From positions 48,360,349 through 48,424,348 of the forward strand of contig NC_068989.1 in NCBI RefSeq assembly GCF_001194135.2: a DNA stretch of 64,000 bases, written 5' to 3'. The translations under genes were made by a program, and so were the position numbers. Positions 12,324 to 23,108 of the stretch are shown here, piece by piece; the first letter of the stretch is position 1; every line of letters starts with the position of its first letter. The DNA is from Octopus bimaculoides. Its lineage: Eukaryota. Under the pieces are notes generated by a model. It was not told where the DNA came from and did not search any database. It saw nothing but the letters and a program-made list of their open reading frames with translations.

Positions 12324-15300
12324 CATCATCATCATCATCATCGTTTAACGTCCGTTTTCCATGCTGGCATGGGTTGGACTGTTCGACTGGGGTCTGGGAA
12401 GCCAGGAGGCTGCACCAGGCCCCAATCTGATCTGGCAATGTTTCTACAGCTGGATGCCCTTCCTAACGCCAACCACTCCAAGAGTGCTTTTTACGTGCCA
12501 CCGGCACAAGGGGTCAGAGGAGCTGGCATCGACCACAATCGGATGGTGCTTTTTATGTGCCACTGGCACGGAAGCCAGTCAAGGTGGCACTGGCATCAGT
12601 CATGTTCGGATGGTGCTTTTTACATGCTACCGGCACGGGGCTCACAACTACAATTTCCATTTGATTCCATTTTGATATTGATGTTGATGTACTTGACTCA
12701 ATAGGTCTACTCAAGCACGCCATGTCGCCCTACGATCCAAGGTACTTTTGAGTGGGCCGGTTATGCGACAGTGGTGTAGGTTACAGCTGTGAACTCACTT
12801 TATTTGCCGGGTCTTCTCAGTCACCGCATATCTCCAGAGGTCTCGGTCTTTTGCCATTGCCTCTGTGAGGCCCAACGTTCGAAGGTCATGCTTCACCACC
12901 TCATCCCATGTCTTCCTGGGTCTCCCTCTACCCTGGATTCCTTCCACTGTTTGGGAGTGGCACTTCTTCACACAGCTCTCCTCATCCATCCACAGTACAT
13001 GACCACACCAACACAAACATCTCTCTTGCACTCCACATCTGATGCTTCTAATGTCTACCATTTCTCTCAAGGCACTTACACTCTGTCATGTGTGCATACT
13101 GACATTACACATCCTGCGGATCATGCTAGCTTAATTTCTTTCGAGCCTACGCATGTCTTCAGCAGTCACAGCCCATGTTTCACTGCCATGAAGCATGGCA
13201 GTTCACACACATGCATCATACAATCTATTTTTCACTCTGAGCGAGAGGCCCTATGTCACCAGTAGGGGTAGAAACACTCTGACCTTTGCCCAAGCTGTTC
13301 TTATTCTAGTGGTAACACTTTCTGAGCATCCAACCTCACTACAGACTTGATAGCGGAAGCTATAAACTACTTCTAGTTTCTCTCCCTTGCATGTGATGGA
13401 GTCTGTTTTCTGAGCGTCTGTGTTGTTTATTGCCTCTGTGCATCTGCTGCATGTGAAAGCGATTTCCCAGTTAATCTTCCGTTGATGTTGCTGCACCTCT
13501 TATGTGTCCATAGTTTACACTGGGTACATCTTATGGAATTTCTACCTACACATTTTCCACAGATCGAGCAGGACCACCTACCTGAAGGGGTGTGATGTGT
13601 TCACCTTCCTACTTATTAGAACTTTGGTCTTTGCAACATTGACTCTAAGGCCCTTCGATTCTAAACCTTGCTTCCAGACTTGAATTTTCTTCTCTTGTTC
13701 TGGTAGGAATTCTGCTATGAGGGCCAGATCATCAGTACCGAGGAGTTCCCAGGGACGACCTGTCTTGAATTCCTCTGTTATTGCCAGGAGGACTATGATG
13801 AATAAGAGGGGGCTAAGGGCTGATCCTTGGTGGACCTCAACTTCTACCCGGAATTCTTCACTATACTCATTTCCAATCCTAGCCCTATTGACGGCATCTC
13901 TGTATAGGGTCTGTACAGCTCTTATTAACCATTCGTCAATCTCCAGTTTCTGTATTGCTCACCAGATAAGGGATTGGGGGACCCTGTCAAAGGCTTTCTC
14001 CAAGTCCACAAAAGCTAAATATAGGGGTTTATCTTTGGCTAGGTATTTCTCCTGCAGTTGCAGTACCAGAAATATAGCATCAGTGGCACTTCTACCTGGC
14101 ACAAAACTGAACTGCATCTCATCTAAGCAGACTCTCTCCCTAGTTAGTTGGGCTATGACCCTCTCCATGACCTTCATCACCTCATCCAGCAGTTTGATAC
14201 CCCCTGTAGCTATTTCTATCTAAAGCATCACCTTTACCTTTGTAGCAGTTGACTATGGTGCTGCTACGCCAGTCATTGGATATGACTCCATCATGAACTA
14301 CCTGGTTTACAATACAGGTGACTAGGCCAAAGCCCACACCACCAGATGTTTTAAGCATCTCAGAGGTGATTCCTGATGGGTTGGGGGCTTTTCCTGGCTT
14401 CATATTCTTAATTGCTTTATCTACCAGGGTGCTGTCTATTCGGATAGCTGGTCCCTCTACTGGATCAACATTTGGCAGGCTCTCCTCCTCCTACTCATTC
14501 TCCACGTTCAACAGTCACAATGGCTCCTCCAAGCCTCTTTCTTTTCCGAATCACTAAAAGCAAGTGCACCATCATCCATGTGGACATATTTCTCTCCTGT
14601 GACATCACAATTTTCTCTCATACACTGTCTCGCAATCTGGAATACTTCAGTTCTTTGGTCCTCCTGTCACTGGACATTGGCAAACTTCTTCTATTCTGCT
14701 TCGCCCTTGGCTATGTATGCCTGTCGCCCAGCCTCCCTTTTGGCTCTCTGGTATGGTTCCCTGCTACCCCAACCCTTCCAGGCTTTCCAGGCCTGTTTCT
14801 TTGCTCTAATGGCATTGTCTACTGTATTATTCCACCACCACGTTACTCTAAGTCTGGAAGGGACTTTGCACCATTTGCAGACTTGGTCTGTGGCAGTCAG
14901 TAAGCTATCCCATAAGAATTTCCAGCTACCCTCTATGTCCAAGGACTGTAGTTCCTCCTCCCTCTCATCAAATTTCTTGATGAGGATGTCCCTAAATCTC
15001 TGACCATGTGAAGGGTTCTTTAGCTTCCAAATCCTTCTCTTGTGGATTGGTCTGCTTCAAGGCATCCTCCTGGCCTCGACTCAAAAGTCACTAATGACTA
15101 GTCTATGTTGGTGGAGTGCATTCCTCACCTGAGAGGGTCTTTGTATTTAAGAGCAACCCTGCGTCCCACTGTCTGGTGAGGATGAACTCAATCTGGCTAG
15201 CAGAGTCCTCTGATTGATAGGTTATCAAGTGGCTGTCTGGCTTCCTGAACTTAGTGTTGCAGATCAAAAGGTTACATGCATCACAGAACTCCAGTAGCCT

Positions 15301-15370
15301 AGTTCCCTCATCGTTCCAAGAACCAATGCCATGGCCCCCGTGTACACCAGATTCCTGCCCAACATGCCCA
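12324..15370 (-). mobile_element. RTE-clade LINE, about 3 kb, 5'-truncated and degenerate
   Basis: RT motifs across frameshifts: GKAP.PSGIT.EML, QFSFVPGRSATDAIF..QLQEK, FVDLEKAFDRVP, GHV..M...GRGRPRKTW; (GAT)n tail. Confidence 0.93.
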
Positions 15371-15856
15371 TTAAAATGTTCTTAAATAAATTAACAAATG
15401 TTCTTATCAAGAACATGGGACAAAACAGTTATCACAGTGCCCCAGCAATCCACTTTGAAATCCTTTGTCATATGTCCATCATGTATCGATTTTGTTTGGA
15501 ATAAGCACCTCCTAGAATTCAACAAACCAGGAACCAGTATGATATGCGAACATGAAACTTTTATTGCTGGTACACAAGCAACACAACCCTCCAGACAACT
15601 GTTTTGCAAATTCAACCATTAACCACGCTGTCTTAAAATTTATATTATCATCATTTTCCTCTAGATAACCAGAACTAATTTATTTGAAAGTAAAATTTTT
15701 TTTCTTTTCTTTTTTACATTTTCTTGACACCTCTGGATTTTCAGATTTAAGATACCGTTATGAAAGGTTATTATAGTGACTTATTATAGGGACTTGATTG
15801 GTCGGAACAAAAATAAAAGAGACTATTCATTGTCAACACCGTGTAATTTCAAGACG

Positions 15857-15922
15857 ATGGCGCTAATTGCCTCGCGGCATGCAACAGCTGATGACTGTGA
15901 ATTCATTATTGGTTTATTCGAG
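15857..15922 (+). CDS. SSAT-like copy C exon 1 (MALIASRHATADDCEFIIGLFE)
   Basis: 66 nt, GAG|GTATGT donor. Confidence 0.8.
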
Positions 15923-18900
15923 GTATGTGTTGAATGTTTTATGTGAACTTTTATATGTTAATTAATAGGTAATATTTTATGCTAAAAAATGTTTATATCA
16001 TAAAGTCTTCGAGCGTATTCTTTTTTCTTTATCGTGACGGCCAGAACCGCAGTATGTTTTCATTTATAAACAAAGTGAGTTCGTTTATTATATTTATTTA
16101 GTTTCACCTCTTGCATTGCATCTCTTATCATGCACTCCTTTTCGGACATCCGACTTTACGGTCCGAACCAAACCAAAGTAAAAAAATATTTAAAATTTGT
16201 AAAATACTTCACTGTTGAAGTCATTTTGCATACATGAACTTTCGACGTATGTTCCGACCGTGACTGTCCCATGCGGTTTTGTTTTCAACTTTCTTATTAA
16301 TAATTAAACAATGCAAAATATATTAAACAAAATTTAATATAATTTGTGATAAATATTATTTCAACATAATACAATTCAAAATAAATACTAGTTCGTTTAG
16401 AACAAGTTTTACACCTATTACACTATTTTTCTTTTGTTTTTTCGCTCGGGTCAAGCGCTTTAGTTTAACCAAAATTTGAATTACAATATTTTTGTTGTTG
16501 TTGCTTATAATCCACCAATGGACCACGCGTGTGTTATTTGGTTTGGGATGTGCTACAAACCCCAGCCAAATCTCCCTTGAATCGTCCACCTTTTCCTCTG
16601 AAAACGATACTAATGATATTTATTCGTGTATGTACTCATTTTTTCTTTCTTTTTTTTCTCTCTTGTTTCAGTCATTTGACTGCGGCCATGCTGGAACACC
16701 GCCTTTAGTCGAGCAGATCGACCCCAGGACTTATTCTTTGGAAGCCTAGTACTTATTTTATCGGTCTCTTTTGCCGAACCGCTAAGTTACGGGGACGTAA
16801 ACACACCAGCATCGGTTGTCAAGCGATGTTGGGCGGACAAACACACACACACACATATACATATATACGACAGACTTCTTTGAGTTTCCGTCTACCAAAT
16901 CCACTCACAAGGCTTCAGTCGGCCCGTGGTTATAGGATATCTGGCAGTAAAATATTGCTGCAATAACTTTTCCAGCAAGGAAAAGTTAACATAAAACGAA
17001 CGACCTTGTGTGAGTGTTGTCTACTAAAACCACAGGTTGACCAAAGCTTTTTGAGAGGAAACTAAAAGAAGCATATTGTGAGTGTGTTTGAGTCTTTGTA
17101 TTTGTATCTCCCCAATTCCAACTTGTTAATTAATGTGGCTTGTGTATATCCCTGTAACGTAGCGGTTTGGCAAAAGAGACCGATAGAATAAGTAACAGGC
17201 TTTAAAAAAAGTACTGACAGTGTCCCAGCATGGCCATAGTCCAATGTCAGAAACAAGTAAAAGATACATAAAGACCCACACTACGAAGCACAATGTATTT
17301 TACCTCTATTCAACCCAGAAAGACATGAAAACTAACTGAAACTGCTGATGTTAATATTAAAACATTTTGATTAAAGAAAAAAAAATACCGAGAACCACTT
17401 GGATGTTTCCACTGGTAGATGGTTGGGTAGGTTATTGGAAAGAGATATAACAATCAAACCTACTGTGTGTGTGTGTGTGTATCTGTAAGAGGGAGAGAGA
17501 GATGGTATTCCATCTTGGCCTTCGTCGTAATGGCTAAATACCTAAAGAACACATGGTCTCCATCTCAGTTTCTTTTAATAAGGTTGATAAACTATTTTTT
17601 TTTTTAGCCATAATTCTGATATGTGCCACATTTGGAAAACACCTAAAGACTCATCTCACAAATAGTTCTCCCCACTACCTTTATAAAAGGTGTGTGTTAT
17701 GAGTTTTAAAAAATGTGTAGTGTGGATTTTTTATTTGGTTGATAATCCAAAACGAAAGAGCAATAGATGGATTTGTTTGGGTGTAAAGCAAAGTGCTCCG
17801 AAAGTGAAAGTAAACAACCATAAAATTTATGTAAAAACTACTTTCATAGGTACTGGCATTGTTGTATAAGAAGCTTGCTTCCCAACCACATGGTTCTGGG
17901 TTCAGTCCCACTACGTGGCACCATGGGTGAAAGTCTTCTACTATAGCCTCCGGCTGACCAAAGCCTTGTGAGTGCATTTGTTAGATGGAAACTGAAAGAA
18001 GCCTGCCATATATGTATGATTATATGTATATGTTTACATCCCTGTAACTTAGCAGTTTGGCAAAACAGACTGATAGAATAAGTACTAGACTTACAATTCA
18101 TATTGTTCCTAAAATACATGTATACTTGGACTGTGGAAAGAGAAATTTATACATGCTTTATGGCTCAGACCTTTTATCAAGTTAGAGTAGCATTTCCCAA
18201 CCTGTTTTCTCTCAGGACCCACTATAACTTTCCCAAAAAATGTATGTCTCACTACTTTTTGGTAAAAAACAACTTTATCTTTAATATCTTATCACGTTTA
18301 ACATAAAAGAATCTACTCTTTTATTAAGTACTGAGTTCAAAAAAAAGAAGTACATTATTGACAAAGAAATAAAAGTTAATCACTTTAATGAGAACCTTGT
18401 ACCAGGCGACTTCAGCACCAAGCCCTACCACATTTTTCCTTGGTCCCCACCAGTGGGGTGTATGCCCCACGTTGGGAATCGTTGAGTTAAAAAGAGAAAA
18501 GTGAAATTTTAAGAAAAAAATATTACATGCTGTTAGACAGGTGTCATTATAGTTACAGAGACAGGAAGTGGGAAGGTAGTGGTGGATTTTGAAGAGGGGT
18601 GTTGGTGAGTATGGTAGGCATTTTTTTGCCATGAATATGTTGACTGATTTATTGTTTCAGTATTTAAGGATAAATACTAAATACAGAGACTGATGATAGT
18701 TGTGTGAATAGGTCATGATGACTCAGTGATAGTATTAGCTAGATGCCATGCTCTATTATGTGTATCTTGTCATGTTCTAGTTTCTGTAAGAACTTCACGA
18801 CAAACCAATGATTGGAGCCTCTTCATAATTACTCAACCTGCTAGAAATAGCAGTCCAATCTCTAATTACTCCATACTGTCTTGAGAAAGGAAAGACTATA

Positions 18901-21900
18901 TTGAACCATTAATTCTACACACATATGGCCCAGACCATGATTATCAACATGAACATCAAACTTCAAAAAGTAGTTAGCTATTTAATGGTTTTAGTAAATT
19001 TATACAGAAAAAGTAAGCATTATACCATCCAGCATAAATAAAAGTCAACTTCACTATATTTTTTCTGTAAAAACCTATTCTGACATTAAATGAGTCAACT
19101 TCTGGTATGAATGTTTACATTTGTACATCATTTTTCAACAAAAAAGAATTTCTAAAAAATTCTGGAAACTATCTACTCATGTAATTTACGCACCCCCTAA
19201 AGTTTATTTTTGTTTTTGCAAAAGAAGTGCGTAAATTACATGGGTTTTTACAGTATATTCTATGGCTTTTCAAGGATTCCTGGATGTCTCTTAATACAAT
19301 CAATTTTCATTATAAAACTGCACCTTGTTGCCAATACCCATGGATGATCTGTATAAAGCAAACTACAAGGTCTATAACCAAACTGAATTTACATATATAT
19401 ATATAAATTGGAAATGTAAAAATAAAAACAAGACACAAAGGATTCTGTGGTACACGTGTTTCAAGCTTTTGTTTTTATTTTTACATTTCCAATTTATTCC
19501 TTCACCCCGGCCACAATCTGGCATACACAGGTGCTTATAATTATCAAGTATTACCTCTAACATTTATATATATATATAAATTGGAAATGTAAAAATAAAA
19601 ACAAGACACAAAGGATTCTGTGGTACACGTGTTTCAAGCTTTTGTTTTTATNNNNNNNNNNTTAATGCTTAACTTGCTCCAATCAGTCTTGAATGTGAAA
19701 TAATAATTAGTATATTTACAAACATGAAAATTTTGTTTTGTTGTTTGGTTGCTTACTAGTCACCAAAGCATAAAGGTGGTGTATTTGGACCAAACAGCTG
19801 GTATGAATTTCTGACTGTTGTGATCTGAATTTAACTCTTTAGTATTCAGATTACTCTGTCAAATACAATACTTATTTATTTTCATTGTTTTGAATTAATC
19901 AATCATTATCTCAAGCATTGAGATTTTGATGATGTGATTGCTTATTTTTAGAATGACATTGTTGGGTAGGTGTGGGAGGCCAGATCAAGTCATTTTGAAC
20001 ATAAAACATAAATATTTTGGCTGGTTTAAATGCAAAATGGTTAATTCCATTTGTTAAAATTCATCTGATTTATGTATCATCATTGTCATCATTATCCCTG
20101 TTTTACATATACATTTTCCATGCTGGCATTGGTTAGATTTGTCTCACTGTTTCTCATCACTTGTTGTAATTCTTCATAATCTACCACATAGAGAGAAAGC
20201 TCTGTGAATTAAGTTCAAGAGTGGCCAAGATTACTTTTGCCTTTCATCCTTTTGAGATAGTGGATTGACCAAAATGTAAGAATGTTGGATCCAACACCTT
20301 GCAGTGTTTGCTATGGTTCTCGACATTCCAAGCTCAAATCCAGCCTTGACCTACAAATTTGCCACCTGGCACTTTGGATGCTTTTATTGAAGTCCATTCT
20401 GTTGCATGTATCTGGACCAGGCTTTCAATTTGAGGATGCCTTCTTCCCCTTCACCAATGTCAGTGGATCTGTAACAAGTCATAGACACTGCCTTCTCTTG
20501 TGACTAAAAGATAAATAAAACCTGCTGATATTTGATGTGTAAGCTCTGTTTGAGTTAGCCTCTTCAAGGCTGGAATATACTTCAATACCCAACAGTTATT
20601 GACACTCTACAAAGCTCAAGTGAGGCCTACAGTAGGGTGTTGCTTTCACATCTAAGACAGTGCTGTTGCGATACACACATACATGTTCTAGACTGAATCA
20701 TGAAAATGGCTATATTGGCTGATTAGCACAAAATCACTTACAGATGCACTCCATGCTCTGGCCTACAGATGTACTGTCACCTCTGTGCTTGTTCTACTAC
20801 TATTATCATAGGGATCTTTCTTCTTCACTCCACACAAACATTCCTGTCCTACTCATCTTTTCCTCTCATCACCCTTGTTTTGTCTAACTCCAGTAGGTCT
20901 TGTAATAATCACTACACCAAGTCTTTCCTTCCCAAAATGTTGGCCTTCTTGGAATTCTATTCATACTGATGTCTCATCTGCAGATATTGACTTGCAAAGA
21001 TTCAAGTGGAACCTTAATGGCATCAATCTTGCTGGTCTAAGAAGGTTTGTGAAGGCCATGGGCACTGCACCACCTAACGACCTGCAAATATTAAAAAATC
21101 ATTCAAATACATAAGATTCTTCACTGACCTGTTTTAGCATTTAGTGAAGCTGATAGAATTGAATAAGTACATTTGTTGACAAGAGATTCGAGTTCTGAAG
21201 TTTTGAGTTAAACATCTTCTCTGAGAGGGAAATTGAAACTGCTCAAGATAGCACTGTTTCCTCAAACCCTGGGTTTATATATAAAATGTTGTGTAAACTG
21301 AAATTTATGGAGACATAGTTGTTGTTTGATTGAAGCTTCTCTACCCGTGTTGTCTACAAAAGAAAACTGAAATCATCAGTCTTTATTACCTTACTAACAC
21401 CAATTACTTTACAGTATTTACTGGCTGCATTTATTTCATGACACCACTACTAGTGAGGTCACCATGCTGCTTGGAACACTATGAACCCTGAGGAGGAGGA
21501 GGAGGAGGAGATCAGTTTTATGGTAAAGGACAAGGGGTTAAAGAATGAGAGGTGGGGTGTGGACAGAGGAGGTTCTTTACAGTAGGATGGTTACTCGCAT
21601 TTAGTAAGAGAGTAAGAGGAAGATCAGTAGGAGCTTCAAATAGATAGTGGAGATGAGACGTCCTGGTGATCTCCACCCCTCAAGGCAAGAGGTGAGTAGA
21701 AGTAGGTGGGTCGAAAGTTCGCAAGATTGTATTGAGGTACAGAGGATGGAAACTAAGACTGAACCTTAATGTTTTATAATGAAGATATTATTTAGCTTAT
21801 TCAGCATCTGTGCTGGTGGCATGACATCGAGGCAATGACAAATGACCAAGACCTTTGGCAATATGCTGTGCTTGAGAAAACCCATTAACCCTTTCATTAC

Positions 21901-23066
21901 CGTATTTATTTTGAGATGCTCTGTGTTTCTTTCAATTAATTTTAAATATAACAAAGAATTTAGTAAAATAACTTAGTTACCATTAAGCTAGTGTTAGGAA
22001 CATAAATCATGACTAAAGTTTGGTGAAAGATTTTAATTCAGAACTTATGAAAGCAAAACATTTGTACTTCAGGGCCAGAGGTGGTTTCAGCCAGGTTAGT
22101 ATTGAAAGCGTTAAGTGAAGTGAAATCATAGTCATGACAGATACTGGTGTCATGCAACTGGCACGTAAAAGCACCCATTACATTCTTGGAGTAGTTGGTG
22201 TTAGGAAGGGCATCCAGCCATAGAAACCATGCCAAATCAGCCGTGCTCAAACTTTCCAACCCATGCCAGCATGGACAACATATATTAAATGATGATGATG
22301 ATGTTTGTATTGTAACAGTACTTGAAGAGGAAACAAGCCAACTAATGGTTATATTTTTATGTCTACTTTATTTTAGATCTAAAAACCTACTGCTTCAATG
22401 GAGAGAACTTATCTAATATCCTCGTTGCTGAATGGAATCATAAAGATCCTTCAAAAGGTAAGATTTTTGTTCAGTGTTGCCTTCTTGTCTCTNNNNNNNN
22501 NNNNNNNNNNNNNNNNNNNNNNNNNNNNNNNNNNNNNNNNNNNNNNNNNNNNNNNNNNNNNNNNNNNNNNNNNNNNNNNNNNNNNNNNNNNNNNNNNNNN
22601 NNNNNNNNNNNNNNNNNNNNNNNNNNNNNNNNNNNNNNNNNNNNNNNNNNNNNNNNNNNNNNNNNNNNNNNNNNNNNNNNNNNNNNNNNNNNNNNNNNNN
22701 NNNNNNNNNNNNNNNNNNNNNNNNNNNNNNNNNNNNNNNNNNNNNNNNNNNNNNNNNNNNNNNNNNNNNNNNNNNNNNNNNNNNNNNNNNNNNNNNNNNN
22801 NNNNNNNNNNNNNNNNNNNNNNNNNNNNNNNNNNNNNNNNNNNNNNNNNNNNNNNNNNNNNNNNNNNNNNNNNNNNNNNNNNNNNNNNNNNNNNNNNNNN
22901 NNNNNNNNNNNNNNNNNNNNNNNNNNNNNNNNNNNNNNNNNNNNNNNNNNNNNNNNNNNNNNNNNNNNNNNNNNNNNNNNNNNNNNNNNNNNNNNNNNNN
23001 NNNNNNNNNNNNNNNNNNNNNNNNNNNNNNNNNNNNNNNNNNNNNNNNNNNNNNNNNNNNNNNNNN

Positions 23067-23108
<42 letters not shown>

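Noticed and set aside
13717-14903. Plus-strand ORFs of 140-168 aa
   Set aside because: Antisense shadows of the RTE reverse transcriptase on the minus strand.
15391-15622. Overlapping short ORFs, possibly a DNA-transposon remnant
   Set aside because: No motif I could recognise with confidence.
16976-17009. 34-nt AG/GT-bounded segment (QGKVNIKRTTL) with the right phase for the missing exon 2
   Set aside because: Weak similarity to SSAT exon 2, shorter than expected, and the donor is not conserved in the copy B paralogous sequence; needs transcript evidence.
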